Part shown: positions 35,536-45,432 of the stretch, one piece after another
Layout: each line of letters opens with the position of its first letter
How positions within the stretch are numbered: position 1 is the first letter of the stretch
DNA from: an uncultured Planctomycetaceae bacterium
GTDB lineage: Bacteria > Planctomycetota > Phycisphaerae > SM23-33
DNA: 64,000 nucleotides
Direction: 5' to 3'
NCBI GenBank assembly: GCA_964557575.1
Contig: CAZLBC010000013.1
Span: forward strand, 5,758-69,757
Made by a program: the position numbers and the translations under genes
Notes under the pieces: model-generated
The model's input: only the letters and a program-made list of their open reading frames with translations
What the model was told of the DNA's origin: nothing
Databases searched by the model: none

Positions 35536-35627
35536 AAATCATAACCTGAATAGGTCGCGGTGTTCGTACATGTACGAGGCTGTCTATTGCCAAGGCGATT
35601 CCCGCCTGGAATTGTGCAGACTCACGC

Positions 35628-36011
35628 TCAGGGTGTCACTCCAATCAGTCGAAAGAAATTGGCAAATGCGAAATCAACCAGAAAAAGCAGGGACGCAAGT
35701 ATCAGCGTCGTGATAATAACGACTTTTGTCGAACCGATGACTTCCGTTTTGGTTGACCAGGACACTTTTTTCATTTCGCTTTCGGTGGCGATGAGAAAAT
35801 CGGCGCCGCGGGCGCTGTTGGTTATCAGGAACACCAGGAAAGATATCCCCGCCAGCACAAGCGTGGGAATGCCGTATGTGAGGTAAATGTTCAATCCATA
35901 ACCCTCGAGGCTGTCCTTCAGGGCGTAGGCACCCCACGCCGACATGATAATGACGGCCGCGGCGGTCACCATCCTGATAACCTTACCTTGATTCCTCTTA
36001 TAGATATTCAT
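35628..36011 (-). CDS. secE: Preprotein translocase subunit SecE (3-TM form)
   Basis: C-terminal SecE signature KKVSWSTKTEVIGSTKVVIITTLILASLLFLVDFAF; position between tRNA-Trp and nusG. Confidence 0.85.
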   Translation of the reverse strand: MNIYKRNQGKVIRMVTAAAVIIMSAWGAYALKDSLEGYGLNIYLTYGIPTLVLAGISFLVFLITNSARGADFLIATESEMKKVSWSTKTEVIGSTKVVIITTLILASLLFLVDFAFANFFRLIGVTP

Positions 36012-36147
36012 TTTATTTCGGGTAACGAAACGGTCGGTTTACGGGATACGCCCCCGGGATCGCCTTTCGAACTCCCTGTCACTCCGCCGCCGACGAACGG
36101 CTGACAGGTAACGCTCTTTTTCTGCTGGCGGCCCCGGACCACATACT

Positions 36148-36220
<73 letters not shown>

Positions 36221-36261
36221 ACGGAACAAAAGATCGAGTGGACCCAATATTTTTCCGCCCA

Positions 36262-36429
36262 CTATTTGCGTTTCAGTTTATGTTTCGTGTGTTTTCGCTC
36301 CCTCGGACAGTACTTGTTTAATTCGAGCTTGGGCATTCCACCGTGAACAATGACCTCGGTTCGATAATTGAGATCCTTGCACTCAGCACACTGCAACCAC
36401 GCGTATTCCCGGCGATTCGACTTTGCCAT
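36262..36429 (-). CDS. rpmG: 50S ribosomal protein L33
   Basis: Not in the ORF track (55 aa). Hand translation gives MAKSNRREYAWLQCAECKDLNYRTEVIVHGGMPKLELNKYCPRERKHTKHKLKRK, with an L33-like ...KLEL.KYCPR.RKHT C-terminus. Confidence 0.8.
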   Translation of the reverse strand: MAKSNRREYAWLQCAECKDLNYRTEVIVHGGMPKLELNKYCPRERKHTKHKLKRK

Positions 36430-36459
36430 AAGTTATGCCCGTTTAAGCTTTTCTCGCGT

Positions 36460-37665
36460 CTATTCAAGCACCTTCGTAACCACACCGGATGCCACGGTTC
36501 TTCCACCCTCGCGAATGGCAAACCGCAAACCCTCGTCCATGGCAATCGAAGTGTTCAACAGCTCAACTTCAACATTCACGTGGTCGCCGGGCATGCACAT
36601 CTCGGCCCCGCCGAGGAGTTTAACCGTACCGGTAACATCGGTTGTGCGGAAGTAAAACTGGGGCCGGTAGCCCGTGAAAAACGGGGTATGCCGTCCACCT
36701 TCCCCCTTGGTCAAAACGTAAATCTCGCCCTCGAACTTGCTGTGGGGAGTAATGCTGCCGGGGGCCGCGAGGACCTGGCCCCTGCTCAGTTCGTCTTTTT
36801 CAACACCACGGAGCAAGCAACCGACGTTATCACCGGCCTGTCCCTCATCCATGGTCTTGTTGAACATCTCAACGCCGGTCACCACCGTATCTCGCGTCTC
36901 TCCAAGGCCGACGATCTCAACCTTGTCGCCGGAATGAACAATACCTCTTTCGATACGTCCCGTACCGACAGTACCGCGGCCCTTGATCGAGAAGACATCT
37001 TCGACCGGCATCAGGAACGGCTTATCCGTCTCACGAACCGGCTCGGGAATGTGCTCATCGAGAGCCTTGACCAATTCCCTGATCGGCTCGGCGGCATCTC
37101 CACCGGGATCGGCGATGGCTTCCGTGGAAGAACCCTTGATGACGGGGATGTTGTCGCCGTCGAAATCATACTCGGAAAGCAGTTCCCGCACTTCCATCTC
37201 CACCAGTTCCAGGAGTTCCTCATCCTCGACAAGATCCGCCTTGTTGAGGAATACCACCAGTTCGGGAACATTCACCTGCCTGGCCAGGAGGACGTGCTCC
37301 CTGGTCTGCGGCATGGGCCCGTCCGCAGCGGAAACCACGAGGATCGCCCCGTCCATCTGGGCGGCGCCGGTAATCATGTTTTTCACGTAATCGGCGTGTC
37401 CCGGACAGTCGACGTGGGCGTAATGCCGCTTTTCAGACTGGTATTCCACGTGAGACGTTGCAATCGTAAGGATCTTCGTCTCGTCGCGTCTTCCCTGCGA
37501 CTCGGAGGCCTTAGCGATATCGTCGTAGGAACGGAACTTCGCCAGTCCCTGACTTTCGAGGACCTTGGTTATAGCCGCGGTCAATGTTGTCTTGCCGTGG
37601 TCTACATGGCCGATGGTTCCCACATTCACGTGCGGTTTTGTCCGCTCAAATACTTCCTTCGCCAT
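36460..37665 (-). CDS. tuf: Elongation factor Tu
   Basis: [36 protein letters not shown]; 401 aa. Confidence 0.95.
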   Translation of the reverse strand: MAKEVFERTKPHVNVGTIGHVDHGKTTLTAAITKVLESQGLAKFRSYDDIAKASESQGRRDETKILTIATSHVEYQSEKRHYAHVDCPGHADYVKNMITGAAQMDGAILVVSAADGPMPQTREHVLLARQVNVPELVVFLNKADLVEDEELLELVEMEVRELLSEYDFDGDNIPVIKGSSTEAIADPGGDAAEPIRELVKALDEHIPEPVRETDKPFLMPVEDVFSIKGRGTVGTGRIERGIVHSGDKVEIVGLGETRDTVVTGVEMFNKTMDEGQAGDNVGCLLRGVEKDELSRGQVLAAPGSITPHSKFEGEIYVLTKGEGGRHTPFFTGYRPQFYFRTTDVTGTVKLLGGAEMCMPGDHVNVEVELLNTSIAMDEGLRFAIREGGRTVASGVVTKVLE

Positions 37666-37757
37666 TTTCTTTCAACTCCTATCCAGTGAACATAAATGAA
37701 TCTATATAGGTATTGCCGGGTTCGGCTGTACAAACCAGCCAGCCTGTCTGAAACGCA

Positions 37758-37829
37758 AGCTGCTGATGGGGGTCGAACCCATGGCCTCGTCCTTACCAAG
37801 GACGCGCTCTACCACTGAGCTACAGCAGC
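37758..37829 (-). tRNA. tRNA-Thr (anticodon GGU)
   Basis: Reverse complement GCTGCTGTAGCTCAGTGGTAGAGCGCGTCCTTGGTAAGGACG...TTCGACCCCCATCAGCAGC. Anticodon loop TTGGTAA; all stems check by hand. Sits upstream of tuf. Confidence 0.85.
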
Positions 37830-37950
37830 AACAATAAACGGTCGGTGTCACATGGTTTAGCAAACCAACACCCAGCAGCAACTCGATAGTACCCGATTAC
37901 CGGTCTGCTATAGGCACACGCCTCCTGCAGGAAGCTAAATAGACCGGAAC

Positions 37951-37979
37951 AGTATACGAATTGAATATAATCTGTCAAA
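37951..37979 (-). promoter_or_regulatory. Near-consensus sigma70 promoter upstream of the tRNA-Thr-tuf unit
   Basis: Minus-strand TTGACA (37974-37979), 16-nt spacer, TATACT (37951-37956), ~120 nt upstream of tRNA-Thr. Confidence 0.4.
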
Positions 37980-38029
37980 CATGTATACCAAAAAAACATC
38001 TTTTTTTTACGGGGTTTTCAGCAACGCTC

Positions 38030-38569
38030 TCAATCTCCGTCACCGGACCTGAAACCGTCGTTCAGCCATTTGCCCGTTCTTTCGTGGTAACGCCTGTATT
38101 TTTGCCTGGCCAGATCTATACCGTGCGCCGGAATATACATGCTTTTCGGGAGATTGCGTCGCTTGAAAATCATCTGGTACGCCGGCTCCATAACATATTC
38201 GGTGCCGTCCTCGCTGAATTCAACCCAGCAGTGGCCGTGTTCGGCAGCGGGGCCCCGGGCCCCGATAACCACCCTGGCATCAATGCCCCTGCGTTCCAGA
38301 AGTTGATCGGTGTATATGGCGATATCCTCGCAATCCCCCGCTCTCCGCCGGGCGGTTTCCTCGGGCGTCTGCCAGTAATCCGTACCGGGCGGGTCGGGCA
38401 CATAGCGTATACGCGCCGCCGATATCAGGCACGAAACGATTTCATCGGAGACATATACGGGTTCAAAAGGACTCGATTGCGCCCCGTTTCCGTCCGGCTC
38501 GGAGGGCACGCGGCACGAACACGTCACAGTGGCCGTTGTCGCTATCATGAATATGCAGTGCGATTTCAC
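38030..38569 (-). CDS. Transglutaminase-like cysteine peptidase lipoprotein
   Basis: Signal peptide with lipobox (…TATVTCSC). Papain-like Cys-His-Asp triad context GDCEDIAIY ... HCWVEF ... D, typical of bacterial transglutaminase-like domains. Confidence 0.6.
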   Translation of the reverse strand: MKSHCIFMIATTATVTCSCRVPSEPDGNGAQSSPFEPVYVSDEIVSCLISAARIRYVPDPPGTDYWQTPEETARRRAGDCEDIAIYTDQLLERRGIDARVVIGARGPAAEHGHCWVEFSEDGTEYVMEPAYQMIFKRRNLPKSMYIPAHGIDLARQKYRRYHERTGKWLNDGFRSGDGD

Positions 38570-38696
38570 ATTCCCGCCTCTACCTCCGTCGTGTCACTGC
38601 CGGCCGCTGTATGCTTTACGAATTGTACACAACGCTGGCGGCATGTATAATGCAGCAATGATTACGACGGAGATTATACCCGGGAAGGGCCAGTGA

Positions 38697-39659
38697 ATGA
38701 ACAGTAATCAGCGAGCCGATGCCCATGATACCGTGGACATGTCGGTCCGGATAGGGGAGATCGGCCTGAAAAATCCATTGCTGACCGCCAGCGGGACGTG
38801 CGGATACGCATCCGAATATTACGATTTCGCCGACCTCGGCGATCTCGGTGGTTTCGTCACGAAGTCCATATCTCTCGATCCGTTAAAAGGAAATAATTAC
38901 CCGCGCACCGTCGAAACCCGCGCCGGCATGCTGAACGCGATCGGTCTCGCGAACGTCGGCCTGGAAGCCTTTATACGGGACAAGGTCCCGGACATTGAAA
39001 CACTGGGGCTCCCGACCATCGTGAACATAGCAGGCAAAACACCGGAAGAGTACATTGCCGTCGCCGAGGCACTCGAGGATATAGAATCAATCGCGGGGTG
39101 CGAGTTGAACATCTCCTGCCCCAATGTCAAGTCGGGAGGCATTCAGTTCGGTACGGATCCCGACGCGGTCCGAGCGGTGACCGCCGCGGTCAAGAGCGCG
39201 TGTCGAAAAAACACACTCATCGTAAAACTGTCGCCGAACGTCAAAGACATCGCCGAAATCGCCGCCGCCGCCGTGGAAGGCGGTGCCGAGGCACTGAGCC
39301 TCATAAACACCCTGACCGGTATGGCCGTGGATATCGAGACCCGCACACCCGTGCTCGACAACGGCACCGGCGGATTGAGCGGGCCGGCAATACGCCCCGT
39401 CGCCGTGGCGATGGTGCACAAAGTCTACCGGGAGGTCGCCGGTCCGGCCGACATACCCCTCATCGGTATGGGGGGTATACAGCGGGCCCGCGATGCCCTC
39501 GAGTTTTTTATCGCCGGGGCCACGGCCGTTGCGGTGGGTACCGCGCTGTTTATCGATCCGAACTGCATTTCGCACATCAGGCGGGGTATCAAGGATTACC
39601 TCGTTCGACATGGATTTGACTCCGTACGGCAACTGACCGGAACGCTTGAAACCCGATGA
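38697..39659 (+). CDS. pyrD: Dihydroorotate dehydrogenase, class 1 catalytic subunit
   Basis: TIM-barrel motifs: NPLLTASGTCGY, NISCPNVKSGG, IVKLSPNV, IGMGGI. Confidence 0.85.
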   Translation: MNSNQRADAHDTVDMSVRIGEIGLKNPLLTASGTCGYASEYYDFADLGDLGGFVTKSISLDPLKGNNYPRTVETRAGMLNAIGLANVGLEAFIRDKVPDIETLGLPTIVNIAGKTPEEYIAVAEALEDIESIAGCELNISCPNVKSGGIQFGTDPDAVRAVTAAVKSACRKNTLIVKLSPNVKDIAEIAAAAVEGGAEALSLINTLTGMAVDIETRTPVLDNGTGGLSGPAIRPVAVAMVHKVYREVAGPADIPLIGMGGIQRARDALEFFIAGATAVAVGTALFIDPNCISHIRRGIKDYLVRHGFDSVRQLTGTLETR

Positions 39660-40468
39660 AGACCAAGGTGACCATAACCGCGCTGATCGCGATTTCGTCG
39701 ACGGCCATCTTCGCAGCGCCGGCACTGCGGCCCGCGGCGCAGCAGCGTGATGAATCGTTTCCCTTTCGGTGTGCCGTGCTGGACATCAGCAACACTGCCG
39801 ATACGGAAATCGCGTCGGTGCGCATGAGATGGGCGGGAGGAGGGCCGACCATGGTCTTTCCCGCCGCCGTATCCCCGGGACGCAGTGCGGCAGTGACGGT
39901 ATACCTGCCCGCGTGTTCGGTATCACAAGAATTCGACGTCACGCTGCTCGACCTTCGCGGACAGCCAATCGAACGAAGTCGTACTCCGATCGACTGGCCC
40001 GCCGCACTGGTTTCCCGTAATGCGTTCATAGACTACGAAACGGGCAGGAAATGGATGGCGGATCCGGCGATATGGCCTGAGAGGATAAAACTGAGTATCG
40101 CGGCAGCCCTCGCGGGCGCATCAATCGGGATCGCCGGCGCACTGCTGATCGGTCGTCCCGCGCTGAGGATGACGTCAGTCGCGATTATCCTGGTATCTCT
40201 CGCTGCGGGAACATGGTTTATTCTGGCCGAATTCCGCGCGGGGTATACGATTGACCGGGACGGGCGATGCATCATTCTCAAGTGCCGTAATACGTCAACC
40301 GCGCATCTTCCCCCGGCCGACGAGACGGGGATGCCGCGGTTTGCGCCAATATATATTTACGCATCGCATATGAAAAGAGACGATACCGTGATAGATACCG
40401 AAACGGGAACCACGGTTCCCCTGAAACCCGGCGCGGTCCGCATCTTCAGGAAGACGGGACTTCAATAA
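39656..40468 (+). CDS. Hypothetical exported/membrane protein (signal peptide + 2 TM helices)
   Basis: Start ATG overlaps the pyrD stop (ATGA), implying translational coupling. N-terminal signal peptide MKTKVTITALIAISSTAIFAAPA; central hydrophobic helices. No recognisable domain. Confidence 0.5.
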   Translation: MKTKVTITALIAISSTAIFAAPALRPAAQQRDESFPFRCAVLDISNTADTEIASVRMRWAGGGPTMVFPAAVSPGRSAAVTVYLPACSVSQEFDVTLLDLRGQPIERSRTPIDWPAALVSRNAFIDYETGRKWMADPAIWPERIKLSIAAALAGASIGIAGALLIGRPALRMTSVAIILVSLAAGTWFILAEFRAGYTIDRDGRCIILKCRNTSTAHLPPADETGMPRFAPIYIYASHMKRDDTVIDTETGTTVPLKPGAVRIFRKTGLQ

Positions 40469-40474
40469 CAAAAG

Positions 40475-40798
40475 TTACCCTTCACCCTCGTCCGTCTCGT
40501 CGACATCTATTCGCCGGCCGGCCTCGGTCCACGCGTCGACGTAATCAAGACGCGATCGGGGAAGGCGGGGCTGCCGCACCTGCCGAAACCACCTGAACAG
40601 CGACCACAACAGGAGCAGAAAGGTGATACCCGTCGCCGATGCGATAACCACGGAAAGCCGCAGCAGCGCTTCCCGTTTTCGCAGGCCGACCATCTCGCGG
40701 CACTCCCCCAGTATCATGAACAGCGCGTACACCTGCAACAGACACATCACGCAGAGACAACCGGCCGGCACAAGATATCCTGTCTTGCGTTTTGTCAT
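40475..40798 (-). CDS. Small hypothetical membrane protein (2 TM)
   Basis: Start trimmed to ATG 40796-40798 (MTKRKTGYLVPAGCLCVMCLL...), which avoids overlap with the dnaJ-like gene. Shine-Dalgarno GGAAG upstream. Confidence 0.4.
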   Translation of the reverse strand: MTKRKTGYLVPAGCLCVMCLLQVYALFMILGECREMVGLRKREALLRLSVVIASATGITFLLLLWSLFRWFRQVRQPRLPRSRLDYVDAWTEAGRRIDVDETDEGEG

Positions 40799-40805
40799 TA
40801 TCCCG

Positions 40806-41801
40806 TTACTTCCACGGAACGTCCCGGCGGGGATCGCAATCCTCGACCGTGTCGAATTGTTCGAGAAGTTCCTTACCCGCCGGCGAAATCTCTTGCGGAG
40901 TCGTGACGAGCAGGTGTACATACTGGTCCCCGCGGTCGCCCCCCTTACCATTCGAAATACCTTTGCCCTTCAGCCTGAGGGTACGACCCCCGGCGACACC
41001 GGGGGGAATCGTCACGGTGGTCATCCCGTCAACCGTCGGCACGTCCACCTTGCCGCCGAGCGAGGCTTCCACGATGCTGACCGGGAGATCGACATGGATA
41101 TCATCACCCTCCCGCCTGAAGTACAGGTGCTTCTTGACGCGACAGTGGATGATCAGATCGCCGCGTCCGCCCGGCCCGACCTCGCCCTTTTCCCTGACGC
41201 GGATCTTCTGACCGTCCCTGACGCCCGGGGGAATTTTCACGCTGATGGTCTGCCGTGCCGGCGCGCCGCCCTGGGGATCTTTCTCCTGAAGAACCACGCT
41301 CCGTTCGGTACCGGTGATCGCCTCCATGAAATCGAGCATGACCCCGTGTTCAAGATTTCTTCCACGCGGCGCGGCGGCGCGATGCCGGCTGCCGGGGCGC
41401 CGCCGCCTCCTGCCGCCGACCTGTCCCCCGAGGGCCTCGAGAATCTCTTCGAGCCCCATGCTCATGAAACCGCTTCCCCCCCCGAAGATATCGCCAAAAT
41501 TGATATTGACGCGCTGCCCGACGCCGAATCCACCGGTACCGCCGAATCCGCCCCCGCCGCCCGGCGGGGAACCCCCGTCGAACGCCGCATGACCAAACCG
41601 GTCGTATTGCTTTCGTTTATCCGGATCCGAGAGGACATCGTAGGCCGCGGTAGCTTCCCGAAACTTCGCCTCGGCGTCCTCCTCCTTGTTTACGTCGGGA
41701 TGGTACTTTCTCGCGAGCCGCCGGTAGGCGTTCTTGATCTCTTCCGGAGAGGCCGTGCGGGAAACACCAAGAACATCGTAATAATCTCGCTTGTCGTTCA
41801 T
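40806..41801 (-). CDS. J-domain co-chaperone, class II (CbpA/DnaJB-like; no zinc-finger domain)
   Basis: J domain [33 protein letters not shown] with the HPD motif, then a Gly-rich linker and C-terminal substrate-binding domains. No CxxCxGxG repeats. Confidence 0.8.
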   Translation of the reverse strand: MNDKRDYYDVLGVSRTASPEEIKNAYRRLARKYHPDVNKEEDAEAKFREATAAYDVLSDPDKRKQYDRFGHAAFDGGSPPGGGGGFGGTGGFGVGQRVNINFGDIFGGGSGFMSMGLEEILEALGGQVGGRRRRRPGSRHRAAAPRGRNLEHGVMLDFMEAITGTERSVVLQEKDPQGGAPARQTISVKIPPGVRDGQKIRVREKGEVGPGGRGDLIIHCRVKKHLYFRREGDDIHVDLPVSIVEASLGGKVDVPTVDGMTTVTIPPGVAGGRTLRLKGKGISNGKGGDRGDQYVHLLVTTPQEISPAGKELLEQFDTVEDCDPRRDVPWK

Positions 41802-41822
41802 CTATCACGTCCGAAGAATAAC

Positions 41823-42560
41823 TTACCTGTCGAACTCATCCCCGCGAATGCTGTCCCCCAGATAGGTACTCCTGACCAACTCGTCCTTGACCAGTTCCCT
41901 GGGCGATCCCTCGCGCAGAATCTTGCCCGAATCGAGTATATAGGATCGGTCGGTAACCTTCAGCGTCTCCCTGACGTTGTGATCGGTCAGCAGTATGCTG
42001 ATACCCTCGTTGCGCAGCTTTTCTATCTCCCGCTGCAAATCTTCAACGGCTATCGGGTCGACGCCGCTGAAGGGCTCATCCAGCAGAATAATCATGGGGT
42101 TGGTAACCAGTGCCCGGGCGATTTCGAGCTTTCTCCGCTCACCGCCGGAGAGTGTTCTGGCCTTCTGTTTCTGCTGGACCGTCAAACCGAACTGTTCCAG
42201 GAGTTGATCGCACGTGTTGTTTCTATCAAACCGCGACATCTTCAGCGTTTCGAGGATAGCCAAGATATTCTGCCGCACGGTCAGCCTCTGGAACACGCTC
42301 GGTTCCTGCGACAGGTAGCCGATCCCCCGCCTCGCGCGACGGTACATCGGCATGGTGGTAATATCGATACCGTCGAACAGCACGCGCCCCCCGTCGGGCC
42401 GAATCATCCCGACCGTCATCCTGAAACTCGTGGTCTTACCGGCGCCGTTTCTGCCGAGAAGCCCGACTATCTCACCTTCGTTGACTGTCAGGGAGACCTT
42501 GTCGACGACGGTTCTGCCGCCGTAACTCTTTACCAGGTTTTCCGTCTGCAATAATTCCAT
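41823..42560 (-). CDS. lptB: LPS export ABC transporter ATP-binding protein LptB-like
   Basis: Start trimmed to ATG 42558-42560 (MELLQTENLVKSYGGR...) with a GGAAG Shine-Dalgarno. Walker A GRNGAGKTT, signature LSGGERRKLEIARAL, Walker B ILLDEPFSGVDP, then TDHNVRETL, closely resembling LptB. Confidence 0.75.
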   Translation of the reverse strand: MELLQTENLVKSYGGRTVVDKVSLTVNEGEIVGLLGRNGAGKTTSFRMTVGMIRPDGGRVLFDGIDITTMPMYRRARRGIGYLSQEPSVFQRLTVRQNILAILETLKMSRFDRNNTCDQLLEQFGLTVQQKQKARTLSGGERRKLEIARALVTNPMIILLDEPFSGVDPIAVEDLQREIEKLRNEGISILLTDHNVRETLKVTDRSYILDSGKILREGSPRELVKDELVRSTYLGDSIRGDEFDR

Positions 42561-42598
42561 GTTCTTCCGTTCAAACGCCGCACGGTAATGCGGCGTGT

Positions 42599-44296
42599 TT
42601 ACCTGATCAGCCGCATTTCTCCGACGTTGGGCAGCAGGTTCACTCTTCCCAGGATCTCTTCCAGCAGGGGAATCCTGAAACCCGACGGCCAGTATACCCA
42701 CACCGCCTTGCCTATCAAGTTATACCGCGGGACGGTGCCCGGCTTGTAGATCGGCCGCCCCTGTTCGTCGTACAACCGCAGCGTGGGTGCGGCCGCCGTC
42801 CAACACCGTCCGTCATGGCTGGAATAGCTATTGTCGCCGAGGCAGAAAAACTCGTCAAGCTCCGGGTTTTCGGGATGCTTTTCGAGTTCTATGTGTCGCG
42901 GGTACACAGCCCAGAGGGGAAAGTCCCCGAAAATCCCGTAATCGGACGGAAAATCATCCCGCTCTTTTTCGCGTTCATAATATTCGGAGAGCGGATCGTA
43001 AGGATGGCTTCCAAGGACCTCGCCCGTATTCGTCCTGCGCATATAGTAGACGTCGCGGAACAATCGCACGTGGAGCAATTCAAACTCCCCGCCGCAACCG
43101 CGCATCGATACCGCCGCCGCCTCAGATTCCTGAATATCGGTTTCGCCGGCGTGGCGACGGCAGGCCTCTGCGTAGATATCACCATACTCCTCTTCACGGC
43201 TTTCCAGAATAACCCGTCCGCCAACCAGCACCCGCACTCGAAAATCGGCTTTCTCAAAAGCAAACATGCGGGCGTCACCGGCACCAAGCGGATCGATGCA
43301 CGTTGAACACCGCTCGTTCCAGTCCCCGCTCCCGGCATCCCGAGAGAGAAGTGCAACCCGTCCCGAGGATGCCAGCGACATCTTGTACCGTCGATCGTAA
43401 TCCCGCAGTACCACTTCCAGCACGGCATTTCGATCACCGGCACACCTGAAAACACCGCCGATCCTGATATCGGTGCAGGTTTTTTCCCTTTGAAGCCCCC
43501 TGTTGTAGCCTGATGCAACGCCGAACAGCCCGTCGCGCGACACGAACCTCAGCACACAGGGCGTATCGGACCCGGCAAATACAAGCTTCCTGCCCGCAAC
43601 ATCCTCCCGATCACCGGACCCCGCCATGGTCCAGGCGTCTTCTGCCGTCTCTTCCGGTCGCCACCGGCTTCCCGCGGTTCCCTGGAGGTCGAGTAATTCG
43701 CGGTCGGGGGGAAGGTCGCTGTCGTATACCGGCTGCCAGAGTTCCTTCTGGACCGGTTCAGGCTTCCGCCTGATTCGCCACTGCGCCTCTCCCCGCCTCC
43801 TGAAAAAGATATCGCCGCTGACGATCTGAATCGATTCGCCCGGTATCCCGATGAGGCGCTTGATATAATTTTCACGGTTGTTCTGCGGATTTCTGAACAC
43901 GACGACATCCCACGGCGTCGGATCCATGAAGCGATAGAGGTATTTCAGGACGATGACGTGGTCGCCGCCGGCGGGCCTGCTGAACTCGCTCGACTCGGGA
44001 TCCTCCACGACATAGCCGCAGTTCGGACAATGTGCCCTGCCGTAATTCCCGTTGGAGGTACTCACGGCATATCCGCGGCTGCACGCGGGGCATTCGACGT
44101 GGCAGTGAACGCCGTACAGCGTCGTTGCCATCGAACCGGTCGGAATGACAAAGGCCTCTACCAGGAAGGCCCTGAGCAGGAATGCCAGGACCACCGCGAC
44201 GTAAATGCTCTCGACGAAATTTCGCGACGAGGTATATAGCGAACCGCGTTTATCGTCTTGTTCCAAATCGGTTTTCCTGTCGTCTTTTTCGCTCAT
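42599..44296 (-). CDS. lepB: Signal peptidase I (S26), unusually large (565 aa) with inserted Cys4 ribbon and ~330-aa insertion
   Basis: Box B IPTGSMATTL (catalytic Ser), box C GDHVIVLK, box D YIKRLIGIPGE (catalytic Lys), box E FCLGDNSYSSHDGRCW. Between boxes sits C-x-C...C-x2-C (HCHVECPACS...CPNCG) plus a long insertion. Confidence 0.8.
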   Translation of the reverse strand: MSEKDDRKTDLEQDDKRGSLYTSSRNFVESIYVAVVLAFLLRAFLVEAFVIPTGSMATTLYGVHCHVECPACSRGYAVSTSNGNYGRAHCPNCGYVVEDPESSEFSRPAGGDHVIVLKYLYRFMDPTPWDVVVFRNPQNNRENYIKRLIGIPGESIQIVSGDIFFRRRGEAQWRIRRKPEPVQKELWQPVYDSDLPPDRELLDLQGTAGSRWRPEETAEDAWTMAGSGDREDVAGRKLVFAGSDTPCVLRFVSRDGLFGVASGYNRGLQREKTCTDIRIGGVFRCAGDRNAVLEVVLRDYDRRYKMSLASSGRVALLSRDAGSGDWNERCSTCIDPLGAGDARMFAFEKADFRVRVLVGGRVILESREEEYGDIYAEACRRHAGETDIQESEAAAVSMRGCGGEFELLHVRLFRDVYYMRRTNTGEVLGSHPYDPLSEYYEREKERDDFPSDYGIFGDFPLWAVYPRHIELEKHPENPELDEFFCLGDNSYSSHDGRCWTAAAPTLRLYDEQGRPIYKPGTVPRYNLIGKAVWVYWPSGFRIPLLEEILGRVNLLPNVGEMRLIR

Positions 44297-44487
44297 ACGC
44301 TCAACGTCTTGAAACCCCCTTCACGATGAGCAGAGATTCTTACCGGTATTCCCTTCTTTGTCAATGATGCGGACCGTCGAACAGCGATGCAGACCCATAT
44401 TTCTTCTTCATACATTCACCAACCCCGCATCGATATATATATAATAGGAATGAAACCGCGCCGTGAAAAACGGCGCGAAACTCCCGC

Positions 44488-45432
44488 ATGTGGAATAATG
44501 AAATAGACAACTCGAAACAACACCCGTGCAGCGACGCCCGGCCGCCCGATTCTGCTGCAACAGCCGGGAACCGGAAACGATCTACCCGCCGAGCGCTGCT
44601 GAAATGGACGGGCGGCGGCATGCTGGCCGCCGCCGCGGCATGCGCGGTGGACGGATTTCTGGTTGAACCGCACGGCTTCCGAATCACCCGGAGAACCATA
44701 CCGGTCGCCGGCCTGCCCCGGGAATGGGAGGGGGTCACGATAGCCCACATTACGGACCCCCACGTCGGCAGGCTGTCCGCCGTGATCAGGCTGCGCGAGA
44801 TAGTCGACATGGCCAATGCCGTACAGCCGGACATCGTCGCCCTGACCGGCGACCTGGTCAATCGGCGGGAAACCCTTACGGCCGAACTGACCCGGGTCCT
44901 CTCGGCCCTCCGTCCCCGCGCTGGTTCGGTCGCCGTACTGGGCAATCACGACTACCGTGCGGGCTCCGATCACGTTACCGCGTGCATGGAATCCGCGGGT
45001 ATACGCGTGCTGAAAAACCAGCACGTCGTATTCCGGCGCGGCGGTCGGACACTGTGTTTTGCGGGAACGGACGATCCCATGTTCGGCCGGCCCGATGCCG
45101 CCGCGGCCCTCAGCGGCGTCGCGGAAGACACCGTGCGCATCCTGCTCTGCCACAATCCCGACTACGCCGAGTACCTGCCGAAAACGGCGCGGGTAGACCT
45201 GATGCTCTGCGGGCATACCCACGGCGGCCAGGTAAAAATCCCCCTCTTCGGCCCGCCGATATTGCCGATAGAACATACACAGTATGCCGAGGGACTCGTG
45301 TCCGGCCCCGCCTGTCCGGTCTTCGTTTCGCGGGGCCTGGGGATGGTGACCATCCCGCTGCGATTCAACTGTCCCCCTGAATTGCCGGTGATAACCCTCG
45401 CCGCCGGATCCGAACGGAGAACCGCTTCATGA
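44488..45432 (+). CDS. Tat-exported calcineurin-like metallophosphoesterase (YkuE-like)
   Basis: Twin-arginine motif STRRALLKW + hydrophobic stretch; metallophosphoesterase motifs HITDPH, GDLV, GNHD, GHTHGGQ. Confidence 0.8.
   Translation: MWNNEIDNSKQHPCSDARPPDSAATAGNRKRSTRRALLKWTGGGMLAAAAACAVDGFLVEPHGFRITRRTIPVAGLPREWEGVTIAHITDPHVGRLSAVIRLREIVDMANAVQPDIVALTGDLVNRRETLTAELTRVLSALRPRAGSVAVLGNHDYRAGSDHVTACMESAGIRVLKNQHVVFRRGGRTLCFAGTDDPMFGRPDAAAALSGVAEDTVRILLCHNPDYAEYLPKTARVDLMLCGHTHGGQVKIPLFGPPILPIEHTQYAEGLVSGPACPVFVSRGLGMVTIPLRFNCPPELPVITLAAGSERRTAS

Noticed and set aside
36343-37689. 448-aa plus-strand ORF antisense to tuf
   Set aside because: Antisense to EF-Tu; artefact of GC-rich codon usage.
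37980-38010. A7...T9 tract (ccaaaaaaacatcttttttttacgggg) downstream of the transglutaminase-like gene as a terminator
   Set aside because: No GC stem, only A/T pairing. More likely an UP-element-like or curved-DNA region adjacent to the tuf-unit promoter than an intrinsic terminator.
40623-42554. 643-aa plus-strand ORF spanning the dnaJ-like and lptB genes in antisense
   Set aside because: Overlaps two confidently identified minus-strand genes. Low-complexity R/P/G-rich translation.
44416-45276. 286-aa minus-strand ORF overlapping the metallophosphoesterase gene
   Set aside because: The plus-strand frame has a Tat signal and all calcineurin-like motifs (GDLV, GNHD, GHTHGG). The minus frame is featureless.
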